IMG/VR virus record: IMGVR_UViG_3300035188_001315
Source: a virus
Lineage: Duplodnaviria; Heunggongvirae; Uroviricota; Caudoviricetes
DNA length: 64,000 nucleotides
Direction: 5' to 3' (one strand)
The position numbers were made by a program, and so were the translations under genes. Below are positions 17,908 to 27,767 of the stretch, in pieces. The first letter of the stretch is position 1. Every line of letters begins with the position of its first letter. The notes below the pieces were generated by a model. The model saw only the letters and a program-made list of their open reading frames with translations. It had not been told where the DNA came from and did no database searches.

Positions 17908-18270
17908 TTATTTTTCTGCATTATTTTTTTGATACAACCTAACACGTTTTTCTTCTTCTGCAACGAGTGCATCTTTTAATTTTTGTAACATTGCAATCAT
18001 TCTATCGGGATCATCACTCTCAGTGTTAATTTCCCAGCAATTGTAAGCGTGTTGGATTTCAAAGCCAAAAACATATTTTACCGATAATACTATACGTTTA
18101 TACCAGGGTAAATATGTCCCCAATGCGATTTCAGTATAAATCGTTGGAAACGACATTTCATCATCCTTTACATTTTTATCTAGATCTAAAACAAAACGTA
18201 AAGAATGATCGAAACTATGACAGGCACAATCAAAATATTCACTACCATCTAACATGTTGGTTTCCTTCAT
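17908..18270 (-). CDS. hypothetical protein (120 aa)
   Basis: ORF. Confidence 0.4.
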   Translation of the reverse strand: MKETNMLDGSEYFDCACHSFDHSLRFVLDLDKNVKDDEMSFPTIYTEIALGTYLPWYKRIVLSVKYVFGFEIQHAYNCWEINTESDDPDRMIAMLQKLKDALVAEEEKRVRLYQKNNAEK

Positions 18271-18457
18271 TTTTGTGTTTTTCTTTGCGGTTATATTTTA
18301 ACTTATCCTCTACAACACGTTGCTTGTAAAGAGGAATCATAACCATTGATTTTGCTAAATTTATTCTTTTTGGTTTGTGCATTGTGTTTCACCTTATAGT
18401 TTAAATATTGAGAACTAATTCACGTTAAAAACAAAATAGTACCACCTTTTCAATCTG

Positions 18458-18805
18458 TTATATTTTTTTCATCGGTAAGTTGACGTATTTTTCAATGAAT
18501 TCCAACCGTTCCAATTCTCTTTGTTCTGATTTGTCGATAATTTCAATACCGTTTTCCAAAACATACAATCCAATTTCAAACATATACCTCGATGATAATC
18601 TATTGAGTGAACATGGACACATAGAAAAATTATTTTGACGACCAAGACAACCACAAAACATAATTTTAGGTTGCCATTCATTAAAAATTTCATCAAATGA
18701 ATCAACCACACTTATTTTCCATTCAACTAATTCACGCAATGAATCGGTGTCAATTGGTCGGTTACATTTTTCAACAATTTTTTGTTTTAACTCTATAATA
18801 TCCAT
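18458..18805 (-). CDS. hypothetical Cys-rich protein (115 aa)
   Basis: ORF with CGCLG ... CPCS cysteine cluster. Confidence 0.4.
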   Translation of the reverse strand: MDIIELKQKIVEKCNRPIDTDSLRELVEWKISVVDSFDEIFNEWQPKIMFCGCLGRQNNFSMCPCSLNRLSSRYMFEIGLYVLENGIEIIDKSEQRELERLEFIEKYVNLPMKKI

Positions 18806-18808
18806 AAC

Positions 18809-19009
18809 TTAATTCGCTAAATCAGTTAATGCCTTAATTTCAGCCGTTTGTTTTCGGTCTTCTAAAATTTCAGTTGCAATCATTTCACTATATTTGATTT
18901 TCATAAGTTTAGTATATTCTGCTCTGCTATCGGTGGTCATTTCAGATGCCCAAATACCTTTATCCGTCATCACACCGTTATTATTAAGAACGTATGGTCC
19001 ACTACTCAT
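18809..19009 (-). CDS. hypothetical protein (66 aa)
   Basis: ORF 3 nt upstream of next gene. Confidence 0.35.
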   Translation of the reverse strand: MSSGPYVLNNNGVMTDKGIWASEMTTDSRAEYTKLMKIKYSEMIATEILEDRKQTAEIKALTDLAN

Positions 19010-19076
19010 AATTTTATCTCCATATTTTTATATATTATAACACATTCGTGGTTGTATGTCAAGAGTTTATTTTACA

Positions 19077-20948
19077 TCATTTTTGTGCTGACAAATACAA
19101 ATATGTATTTTCTAAATCTTTCATATCCAAAACACCACGCCAGTTAATATAAATGTTACCTTGCATACTGTTAAATGGAACTAAACGATCTTTTCTACTA
19201 GTTGATTGCTTTTCTTTATTAATTACTAAGGATCTCATAGACTGAATACTTAATAATGCTTTATAGGACATTGTGTAATTTTTACCATTAAACGTAATTG
19301 GTTTAAAATGTTTATTATTGATAACCACACACATATTTTTATGTTTCTTAGGATCTTTAAACACCGCTTTGAATTCTGTTGCCGCTGCTGAAAAAAACTT
19401 ACCAATTACAGTTATTAATGCCTTTCTACCATCTTTATTTTCGGGTATTTTACCACCTGGATTTAATGGTGTCCTATTACTCTTAGCATTTAAAGCTAAA
19501 TCAATAAAATTCTGAACACCATCGACTTTAATATCTGATTCATTTGATATATGATTAGCAAAATCATCAAAATCATTGTTTGATTCTTGATCGTTATCTG
19601 CTTCACTCGCATAGGATACTAACTCTTGGACAACACCACTTACATTATTTATCCATTGACCAATACCATTTATTTGAGTATCAGGGTTTAACAATTTACC
19701 ATTTTGATCATATATTGGTCTATCATCAGGTACAAAACCATATCTAAACCAGGCATATCCCCCAATGTCAACATTAGCCTCTAATGTTATTTCATCAATA
19801 CCCATCGATTTGTATAATTCCAAATGTTTTTTAAATAATACTTTATTAAAACCCTTATCTTGTCCACTATATGGAAATTGCAACTTATCACAATTCAACG
19901 TAGTTTTATTATCAACCGTGGTAATTGTACGTTCAGTAAAAAACATTTCATCGTTTAAATTTTGTTCCCTTGTTGCCGGTGGTACACCTACTACTGTTCT
20001 AACGGTGAATCCATTTGCAACCTTTTCAACATCCATTCTAATATAATCTTTATAGGTATTTAAATAACCATTGTGTCTATCCAATGTGGTATAAACATCC
20101 TGCATAAATTTTCCTACAAAATTGGCAATTTCAACACCATATTCATTTTTAGTTTCTGCGTACAGGTTAGTTATTTTTTGGTTGATTGTATCACTTGCAT
20201 CTGCGTTCTCATTATTTAGAGAAACATGAAAAACTGAAGGATCCTCATTAGTTTTTAAAGTATCAGTTAAATCGGTAGAATTCTCAATTTCAGTACGAAC
20301 AACACTATCTAAATGTTGTCTTGCAGTTGATACAATACTTTCCAACTCTTCAGTAGTTTTTTGATTAAATTTACCAACGTTAACACTAAGCTTTTTATTA
20401 CCGGGGGAACTTACACTAGCTGTTAATGGTGTGTTTGATGTGGGTAATTCATCAGTATTATCATCAACTCCATAAGCTTTAAGAACAATCAAATCATTGG
20501 ATTTTAATTTTATTTTCTTACTATGTAATATAGCTTTACCAACTAACAACGAAGATTTTTTTATTGTTTCTTGATCTTTACCTTTTGCATGCAAAGTAGT
20601 CAACTTACTAATATTAAGTGGTATAGTAGTTTCACCAATAATAGGGAGTAACAATGAAAAAATCGCATTGAAATAACCGGTTTTTGCAGTTTGAGTGGGT
20701 TTTCTCTTTACATTGGTAAATGCTGTAGTCAGTGATTTTATATTTTTCTTAATTTTATTAAGTTCATCCACATTATCCGAATTATCATTAATAAGATCAG
20801 ACAAACGTTTATCTATAACTGCAGGTCCAGTCAAAGGTGCACCATTTTCAACACAAACCATTAACTGGAATAAATTTACAGCTGGACTTAATGTTGTATA
20901 TTTTGGTTCATCACTTTGAACTTCTGTAAGTTGTGATAATTTAGGCAT
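19077..20948 (-). CDS. large hypothetical protein (623 aa), possible virion/injected protein
   Basis: Long ORF downstream of spike-like gene; no motif recognised. Confidence 0.5.
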   Translation of the reverse strand: MPKLSQLTEVQSDEPKYTTLSPAVNLFQLMVCVENGAPLTGPAVIDKRLSDLINDNSDNVDELNKIKKNIKSLTTAFTNVKRKPTQTAKTGYFNAIFSLLLPIIGETTIPLNISKLTTLHAKGKDQETIKKSSLLVGKAILHSKKIKLKSNDLIVLKAYGVDDNTDELPTSNTPLTASVSSPGNKKLSVNVGKFNQKTTEELESIVSTARQHLDSVVRTEIENSTDLTDTLKTNEDPSVFHVSLNNENADASDTINQKITNLYAETKNEYGVEIANFVGKFMQDVYTTLDRHNGYLNTYKDYIRMDVEKVANGFTVRTVVGVPPATREQNLNDEMFFTERTITTVDNKTTLNCDKLQFPYSGQDKGFNKVLFKKHLELYKSMGIDEITLEANVDIGGYAWFRYGFVPDDRPIYDQNGKLLNPDTQINGIGQWINNVSGVVQELVSYASEADNDQESNNDFDDFANHISNESDIKVDGVQNFIDLALNAKSNRTPLNPGGKIPENKDGRKALITVIGKFFSAAATEFKAVFKDPKKHKNMCVVINNKHFKPITFNGKNYTMSYKALLSIQSMRSLVINKEKQSTSRKDRLVPFNSMQGNIYINWRGVLDMKDLENTYLYLSAQK

Positions 20949-20997
20949 TAATATATTCCTCTTATTTTTTTAATTATTTATTATTTATTTATTAATT

Positions 20998-23055
20998 TTA
21001 ATTAACTGGTTTACCTGAATTGCCTGAGACTGGCCCTGCAAGTGAATCTAAGTATTCTCCTTCTGGGTGTTTGTGAGTACCAACATTTAATCCATTTATC
21101 AGTAATTTTCCACCTTTAACAGATACTCCCCCTGGAGTTATTGAAACCGATACTCCCCCAACTTTTAAAAGAATTTCAGATGCAGCTTTTAAAATAATAG
21201 TATCCCCCGCATTATATTCAATATTCAAATCTGCATTACCATATATATTTTTTGTTGTAATGGCAGAAATATTATCTCCTGCGGTAATATCAACGTAACC
21301 ACCTGCAGTAAACGACATATCAATATCTGCTTTTTCCACTATATTTTTCTTTGCATGCATTTTTATATTTTCAACAGCTTTAAGATCTATATCAATACCA
21401 GCTTTCATAAGAATATATTCAACTGCCTCTAATTCAATATTAACCCCGGCTTTAATAATTTTTGTTTTGGGTGCAATATCTTCCACATTACCTTTTGGTG
21501 GCACAGCTGCTAATAATGCTGCTTTTTTTTCATCTTCAATTTTTTGAATTTCATCTTCTTTATCTTTTTTAGCTTTTTTTATGTCCTCTTCTTTCTTTTT
21601 CTTAGCCTGTTTTAGTTTATCTTCTTTGGATTTCTTAACTTCTTCTTCTTTTGCAGTAACAGCCAATTTCAATTTAGTAATTTCATTTTGAGTATCTAAT
21701 TTAACTTTTTTTTCTAATGCCGCAACAGCATCATCAAATTCCTTTTTCTTTTTTTCTTCAGGACTTAATGCCGCCTCTGCTTCTTTTTTTGCAGTCACAA
21801 TTTCTACAATCTTGGCCTTCATTTCATCAGATAATTCAATATCTGGTTCTTCAGGACTTAATGCCTTTTTTAAGGCGTCATTTTCTGCTATTACAATTTC
21901 TTCTATAGTGATTTTTGTACTATCTAATAAATCTAAATCTTCTTCAATTCCAGTAACATTTTCGACTGGTTTATTAATAAATGATAATGAATCGTTACCG
22001 ACTAAATCCTGTATTACCAAAGTATCATTATTTTCAGTTTTATCATTGTAACTTACGGTTATGATTTCACCAATTTCAACAGGGGTTGTTAATAGTAAGG
22101 TAACTGTTTTTTTAGCAGAATTTACTCTTAAATCCTTGACCGTATATCCAGGTACTGAAAATAAACTCACTTTTGGTAAATTTGCATCATCTAAATGATG
22201 AACATCGGTAAAGGCGATTGTTAATTTTGTACCATTAACGGAGGCACTAGAAAAAATAGGAGATATAATATCGGGTTTTATTTCATCTAATGCAAGAAGT
22301 TCTGCATTTGCAATAGTAACAATTTCCTCATCCGTCGCCAACTTTATAAGTTCAGCTTCTTTTTCTTCTGCTATTTTTACTGCTCTATCTGCAGAATCAA
22401 TAATATTGTCGATTTCATCCTTTTTAGCTTTTTCTATTGCTGCAAGTGCATCCTCTAAATCTTTTTTAGCCTTTTCTTCCGCTAATTTCTTCGCTAACTC
22501 AGCATCCATATTTGCACGTTCTATTGCAGCTGCTAACTCGGCTAACCTATTGATTTCATCCTGTTTATCTTTTCGTTTTTGAACTGCCTCAGCTAAAATG
22601 TCATTAACTAATTTTTTTAATACAAATTGATGTGCAGTTTTTGGACAGTATTTCCACATAACAGATGTACCATGAACACCACATTTGGATGTGATTGGGC
22701 ATTTTTCACTGTCTTTATAACTCGATTCAGGAATTACAGGTATAAGTATTGGTTTTTTAACAGGAACTGGATTTTTAACTTCTGGTATAACGGGATTATT
22801 CGCTTTATCAATTATACTTTGTATAAGTGCTGTTTTTTGGTAAGCTAATAATTTTTCTTGTTGTTCTTTGTTTTTTAAGGCTTCTTGTAGTGCTAATTCT
22901 TCAGCGGAAATAGTTAATTTTTGTTGTGCTGCAATAAGTTCCTTTTCTAAGGTTTCTTTATCTTTTTTTTCTTTTGCAATACGAATGATGTCGTCGACAG
23001 TTAGTTTTGCAACTTTTATTTCCTCTTTATGATTTGTGTGATTATTTACAGTCAT
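20998..23055 (-). CDS. coiled-coil protein with C-terminal beta-helix and HxH apex motif (central spike/needle-like)
   Basis: About 450 aa Glu/Lys-rich coiled coil. C-terminal repeats (VGGVSVSITPGGVSVKGGKLLINGLNVG) ending in THKHPEG. An HxH apex is known in iron-loaded P2 gpV / phi92 gp138-type spikes. Confidence 0.4.
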   Translation of the reverse strand: MTVNNHTNHKEEIKVAKLTVDDIIRIAKEKKDKETLEKELIAAQQKLTISAEELALQEALKNKEQQEKLLAYQKTALIQSIIDKANNPVIPEVKNPVPVKKPILIPVIPESSYKDSEKCPITSKCGVHGTSVMWKYCPKTAHQFVLKKLVNDILAEAVQKRKDKQDEINRLAELAAAIERANMDAELAKKLAEEKAKKDLEDALAAIEKAKKDEIDNIIDSADRAVKIAEEKEAELIKLATDEEIVTIANAELLALDEIKPDIISPIFSSASVNGTKLTIAFTDVHHLDDANLPKVSLFSVPGYTVKDLRVNSAKKTVTLLLTTPVEIGEIITVSYNDKTENNDTLVIQDLVGNDSLSFINKPVENVTGIEEDLDLLDSTKITIEEIVIAENDALKKALSPEEPDIELSDEMKAKIVEIVTAKKEAEAALSPEEKKKKEFDDAVAALEKKVKLDTQNEITKLKLAVTAKEEEVKKSKEDKLKQAKKKKEEDIKKAKKDKEDEIQKIEDEKKAALLAAVPPKGNVEDIAPKTKIIKAGVNIELEAVEYILMKAGIDIDLKAVENIKMHAKKNIVEKADIDMSFTAGGYVDITAGDNISAITTKNIYGNADLNIEYNAGDTIILKAASEILLKVGGVSVSITPGGVSVKGGKLLINGLNVGTHKHPEGEYLDSLAGPVSGNSGKPVN

Positions 23056-23107
23056 AGTTTAACTTCTCCAATATTTCATATATTTATCTTCTTTTTGATG
23101 GAAAGAT

Positions 23108-23192
23108 GATAAGTGAATTTCATAAGTGACTGATTTTTCAACATAACATTATTATTCTTTGTGTTTTAAATCAGTCACTTATGAAATTCATC
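23108..23192. promoter_or_regulatory. 26-bp perfect inverted repeat pair in divergent start region
   Basis: tgaatttcataagtgactgattt ... aaatcagtcacttatgaaattca, arms about 35 bp apart, between the leftward and rightward gene blocks. Confidence 0.55.
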
Positions 23193-23217
23193 AATTGGTT
23201 TTTTTAAAAAAAATCTC

Positions 23218-23246
23218 TTGACAAACATATTAAAATATGCTATAAT
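23218..23246 (+). promoter_or_regulatory. consensus sigma70 promoter
   Basis: TTGACA (23218) - 17 bp - TATAAT (23241) upstream of the sirtuin gene. Confidence 0.6.
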
Positions 23247-23275
23247 ATACTATATGTAAATTATGGGAGACGCCT

Positions 23276-24079
23276 ATGTTGGAAAAAGCAAAACAGATTA
23301 TTAAAGATGCTGATGTAGTCATTTTGATGACCGGTGCTGGAATGTCAGCTGAAAGTGGGTTAGATACTTTTCAGAATACAACCAACAGTAGAAAAAAAGT
23401 TAAAAACCAAAAAATCACCTATGCAAACTTAACTACTCAGGAAGCATTCAAAGAGAACAATGAGTTAGCATGGACTTTCCATGGTCAAAGATTTAACTCC
23501 TATAAAACTACTAAACCCCATAAGGGTTATAAAATGTTACTCGATCTTGTAAAAGAAAAAGAGGATCATTTTGTGGTAACATCAAATATTGATGGTGCTC
23601 ATCATAAAGTGGGTTTTGATAATGTGTATGAAATTCATGGTCGATTACATAAATTTCAATGTATTGAGTGTGATGATGTTTGGTCTGCACCAGAAGATAC
23701 TTTTTTTGATGTTGATGTAAAATCTTACACTTTAAAGAATGAAGTTCCAAAATGTGTTTGTGGTGGAATTACTCGCCCCAATGTAATGATGTTTGGTTAT
23801 GATACAGGTTTTAACAAAACTGAAACGAATCAGCAATCTAAGGCGTTTAATGAATTTATGGTTAAATATGATAAAGGTGACCATAAAATCGCAATCATTG
23901 AAATTGGTGCAGGTGAATCAGTTCCTACTATTAGAACAATGAGTGAATTTATACATGAAAGAGTTCCAGGGGCAACATTAATCAGAATCAATCCAACAGA
24001 TACATTTGTTCCTGATGTGGACGCTATTTCGATAAAAATGACCGCCTTGGAAGCAATTGAAAGTTTAATTAATTTTTGA
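23276..24079 (+). CDS. SIR2-family NAD-dependent deacylase/ADP-ribosyltransferase (sirtuin)
   Basis: GAGMSAESGL nucleotide-binding motif, TSNIDGAHH, HG, four-Cys zinc ribbon (CIEC ... CVCG), GAGES motif. Confidence 0.7.
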   Translation: MLEKAKQIIKDADVVILMTGAGMSAESGLDTFQNTTNSRKKVKNQKITYANLTTQEAFKENNELAWTFHGQRFNSYKTTKPHKGYKMLLDLVKEKEDHFVVTSNIDGAHHKVGFDNVYEIHGRLHKFQCIECDDVWSAPEDTFFDVDVKSYTLKNEVPKCVCGGITRPNVMMFGYDTGFNKTETNQQSKAFNEFMVKYDKGDHKIAIIEIGAGESVPTIRTMSEFIHERVPGATLIRINPTDTFVPDVDAISIKMTALEAIESLINF

Positions 24080-24232
24080 AAAAACTCTTGACATAACTCC
24101 ATTGCAAATGTATAATATGTATAACAAATGGAAATACAGATTTTTTTTCATACCAGTTTATCATGCAGTCCTCCTAACTCGTGAGAACTCTGTTAAAGGG
24201 TTCTCAACTTTTTTATAAGTTGGATTAAAAAA

Positions 24233-24523
24233 ATGAACAAAACCAAATTATTAGAAACGATTATTGCAGCAGATAAAAACCATCAAGCTCACCCAGTTAA
24301 ACAATTATTGGATAAAGCACAACCGATTAATGCGACTTTTACTGTTATGGTTGAAGCGACAAATAGTAAATTCCAAGAATGGTCATATGTAGTTTTAAAA
24401 TTTAAAAATTCACAGGTAATACCTTATTATGTCCCAAAAGTACAAATGTTTGCTATTGGTATTGATACGAAAATAGATTTAGAATATACATATAATACTA
24501 AATCTGTACTTTCAAAATTATAA
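24233..24523 (+). CDS. hypothetical protein (96 aa)
   Basis: ORF downstream of TTGACA-17-TATAAT promoter at about 24090. Confidence 0.45.
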   Translation: MNKTKLLETIIAADKNHQAHPVKQLLDKAQPINATFTVMVEATNSKFQEWSYVVLKFKNSQVIPYYVPKVQMFAIGIDTKIDLEYTYNTKSVLSKL

Positions 24524-24539
24524 TATTGTGGAGAATAAC

Positions 24540-25214
24540 ATGAAAAAACTTATAATGTACCCGGTAATAAAAACAACTGTAAATGGTGATATGGTAATTC
24601 ACGTAGGTGAACATAAAATAGAGACCTCCCATTCTTATTCAGATTGTATGGTTCACGCAAAACGATATATTGAAAATGAATTAAAACAATACGTTATCGG
24701 TAATGATGACAATCATATTGTTGCTTCACTTACTCCCACAAAATTAATAGACATTTACAAGTTCGAACAATTGTCTGTTGATGCGAAAAAACGGGCAATC
24801 AATCAATTAGATATAGTTTATGATGAGGCGTTAGATTTTTTTATCGAACAAACTATCACACCAATGCTAGAATTATTAGGATTTGATGCAAGTTTAACCT
24901 ACTTTGGTAGTTATGTAACCCTAGAAGGTTCATTTACAAAACCGGATGAAGTTGATGAAAACGATGGTGAGTATTTGGATGGATTTGAAGAAATAATTGG
25001 TTTGATATTACAGTTACCTGAAAACTTTCAACTAACCGATATTAATATCCACGATAATGAAACTTTTACACAAATAAGACAATTATTAGAAAGTTTATTA
25101 CTTGTTATTTTGACTGATGAAAATGAATATCAAACCAGTGATGACTATATCCACGAATGTGTCATAGCAACAAACTATGATTATGATGTCGATGGAAAAT
25201 TATTAAACTCTTAA
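24540..25214 (+). CDS. hypothetical acidic protein
   Basis: ORF; start at MKKL after GGAGAATAAC RBS. Confidence 0.5.
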   Translation: MKKLIMYPVIKTTVNGDMVIHVGEHKIETSHSYSDCMVHAKRYIENELKQYVIGNDDNHIVASLTPTKLIDIYKFEQLSVDAKKRAINQLDIVYDEALDFFIEQTITPMLELLGFDASLTYFGSYVTLEGSFTKPDEVDENDGEYLDGFEEIIGLILQLPENFQLTDINIHDNETFTQIRQLLESLLLVILTDENEYQTSDDYIHECVIATNYDYDVDGKLLNS

Positions 25215-25244
25215 TTTATCAATACCTTATAAGGATAATATACT

Positions 25245-25547
25245 ATGTTGAAATCATTAACACCTAAACAACAAGAAAGTATTGTGAAAAATGTTGTTGC
25301 AGCAGTTAACAACATTGAGAATTTAAACAAAACAGGTTATAGTTTCATTAATTTATCGAATGGATTTATCGCGCATCACAATCTATATGGGTTTATTGGT
25401 CATTATCAGGAACATGATTTAAAATCCGATATTTTGTACAACCACGATAGAAATCAATGGTCTAATTTTCGTCCAGGTGAACAAAACTATGAATACTACA
25501 TGACGAAAAAAGAGATTTACAATCGAATTGTAGCTGAAATTAAATGA
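25245..25547 (+). CDS. hypothetical protein (100 aa)
   Basis: ORF. Confidence 0.45.
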   Translation: MLKSLTPKQQESIVKNVVAAVNNIENLNKTGYSFINLSNGFIAHHNLYGFIGHYQEHDLKSDILYNHDRNQWSNFRPGEQNYEYYMTKKEIYNRIVAEIK

Positions 25548-25618
25548 TTAAAAATTCTTGACATTCGATAACAGGCATGTTATAATAACTTATAGTTTGC
25601 TAACTTACGGGAAACATT

Positions 25619-26185
25619 ATGAAAAAAATGAGCACATTATTTAAAGTCGATTACTATAAAAAAGGCATACCTGGAATTATTTATGATTTGGTTAGACCGG
25701 AAAATGAGTGGGTTTTTTCAGATTCATCCAATGTTACCATTACTAGAAAATGGGATGGTCAGGCAACAGCTGTTATAAATGGTAAACTATTTAGACGATA
25801 TGATGCAAAGCATGGTAAAAATATACCTAGCGGAGCAATTCCCTGTTGTGGACCTGATCCCGTAAGTGGTCATCATCCTCATTGGCTAGAAGTAACCGAG
25901 TCAACGAGAAATGACCAATTTTTATGGCAACAGTGGCTTCAACAAAAACATCTGATGACCGATGGAACCTATGAATTTTGCGGTGAAAAAGTAGGTAATA
26001 ATAAAGAAAACATAGTTGGTCATCAATTTATCAGACATGGTACTGAGACCTATGATGTTCACCCTTTGTCATTCGACAATATTAAACATTTTCTTGAAAA
26101 TCAAAACGTTGAGGGATTAGTTTTTCATCACATTGATGGAAGAATGTGCAAAATTAGAAAAACCGATTTTGGATTGATTAGATAG
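25619..26185 (+). CDS. hypothetical protein with nucleotidyltransferase-like KxDG motif
   Basis: TRKWDGQAT resembles ligase motif I. Weak. Confidence 0.4.
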   Translation: MKKMSTLFKVDYYKKGIPGIIYDLVRPENEWVFSDSSNVTITRKWDGQATAVINGKLFRRYDAKHGKNIPSGAIPCCGPDPVSGHHPHWLEVTESTRNDQFLWQQWLQQKHLMTDGTYEFCGEKVGNNKENIVGHQFIRHGTETYDVHPLSFDNIKHFLENQNVEGLVFHHIDGRMCKIRKTDFGLIR

Positions 26186-26251
26186 TTTTGATATAATATG
26201 GGTTTAATTACACCCATTACCAAAATCAACTATAAAACTTTGGAGATAAAA

Positions 26252-26593
26252 ATGACAGCTGATCAGGCAAAAGATATAACATTAAGCAGTGCAGCGTTTA
26301 ACCGCAAACGTCTAATCATAAGAGAAATTCTGGATTTTATTTATGATCGAATCCATGATACTGCTATGGCAGGTAAAACAAAATTTTCTGTGGATTTTAA
26401 AAAATGTTATGAAAACAGTGATGGTCAAAGTAAATTAAAAACCGATATTAATCCCATTATTGTCAGAGACATCATTGTGGATATACTTAAACATGATGAA
26501 TTTAATGCTTGGATTAGACATAATGATGAGTTATGTGTTAGTTGGCATATTAGTAGAGAAGAATACCTGGCAAATTATACCGAGGATGAATAA
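26252..26593 (+). CDS. hypothetical protein
   Basis: ORF; start at MTADQ after GGAGATAAAA RBS. Confidence 0.4.
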   Translation: MTADQAKDITLSSAAFNRKRLIIREILDFIYDRIHDTAMAGKTKFSVDFKKCYENSDGQSKLKTDINPIIVRDIIVDILKHDEFNAWIRHNDELCVSWHISREEYLANYTEDE

Positions 26594-26838
26594 TGAGTGG
26601 ATACGGTAATGTTGATGATGAGCAGTTACATGCTCAGGCATTCATTGATGTTAATATAGCGTTTGTTAGAAGTTTACTTCCCACCGGTGAAAGTCGTTCA
26701 AAATGTATCGAATGTGATGACGTAATACCTATCGCAAGACAAAATGTTTTACCAGGTGTAAAACATTGTATTAACTGCCAACATGAACGCGATAAAAATA
26801 AAGTTAAATTGAAACCACAAATACAATTTGCAATTTAA
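26593..26838 (+). CDS. TraR/DksA-family C4 zinc-finger protein
   Basis: CIECDDVIP ... R ... CINCQ spacing typical of phage TraR/DksA zinc fingers. Confidence 0.55.
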   Translation: MSGYGNVDDEQLHAQAFIDVNIAFVRSLLPTGESRSKCIECDDVIPIARQNVLPGVKHCINCQHERDKNKVKLKPQIQFAI

Positions 26839-26839
26839 T

Positions 26840-27109
26840 TTAAAATTTTAATATGGGGTTATGTACCGTAACCTCATATTCTTTAGTTTTCTTATTGAAA
26901 ATCACACCCATTATAAAGGGATTACCTCTATATTTTGTATTTGGTAAAAATCCCAATACACAGTGTAAAACATCAGCATCTAATAATTCGTTAAAATCCT
27001 GAACTGTATAGACATGCTTAATGAAATAATCGTTTGATTGCGTTACCATCGTATCTCTATAAATCTTACTAACAATTTTACTAACTAACTCTTCACTAAT
27101 TTCTTTCAT
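26840..27109 (-). CDS. hypothetical protein (89 aa)
   Basis: Lone minus-strand ORF in plus-strand block. Confidence 0.35.
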   Translation of the reverse strand: MKEISEELVSKIVSKIYRDTMVTQSNDYFIKHVYTVQDFNELLDADVLHCVLGFLPNTKYRGNPFIMGVIFNKKTKEYEVTVHNPILKF

Positions 27110-27186
27110 ATTTGCTCACAGGTTCAATAGCGGTTAAAATATCTTATTATTTATTTGTTTTTTCAACACAAATCATAAATAATAAT

Positions 27187-27441
27187 ATGGACTACTTAAA
27201 TTTGTTATTAATCACATTTACGGTACCATTTAATTCAGTCGATACCATGAATATAAATGATACTTATATTTCAACTACATTAAATGGATGTATAGATTTA
27301 TCTGCATTTTACAAAACTACAGATACTCAAGATGCCTATCTGTGTCACGAACAAACGGTAAAGTTTCCAGATAAAACTGTTCATAAAGCTTCTCAGGAAT
27401 TTATCGATACATTCCAAAAAAATATCAAAAATAATTATTAA
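27187..27441 (+). CDS. hypothetical secreted protein
   Basis: ORF beginning with hydrophobic segment. Confidence 0.3.
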   Translation: MDYLNLLLITFTVPFNSVDTMNINDTYISTTLNGCIDLSAFYKTTDTQDAYLCHEQTVKFPDKTVHKASQEFIDTFQKNIKNNY

Positions 27442-27502
27442 ACCTCTTGACAATTAAATTCAAATATGCTATAATAAACCATCTTAAAAAAATGGTGAAA
27501 GT

Positions 27503-27688
27503 ATGAAAATTCCAGAAAAAATCCAACCTGTAGTAAATTCAATTTGTGATGCTTATCGTCTTAAAGGTGAAAAAATTGCAATCAAACGATTTAACCATAT
27601 TGTAAAAAGAGATAAGTTGGCGTATTTTGAAATGGAAATGTTGAATGGTTATGTAAAACATCAATTAAAATTAAATAATTTGATCTAA
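27503..27688 (+). CDS. hypothetical protein (61 aa)
   Basis: ORF after promoter TTGACA-17-TATAAT at about 27443. Confidence 0.4.
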   Translation: MKIPEKIQPVVNSICDAYRLKGEKIAIKRFNHIVKRDKLAYFEMEMLNGYVKHQLKLNNLI

Positions 27689-27767
27689 AAACTATTGACA
27701 ACAACAACGTAATTTGCTATAATATATCAAAGTTGGTATTTAATTTATTAATCAAAGGATTAAAATT

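Noticed and set aside
19318-22848. Six antisense ORFs (19318, 19765, 20695, 21717, 21812, 22627) inside the 623-aa and 685-aa genes
   Set aside because: All are embedded antisense in long, uninterrupted minus-strand ORFs and have low-complexity translations.
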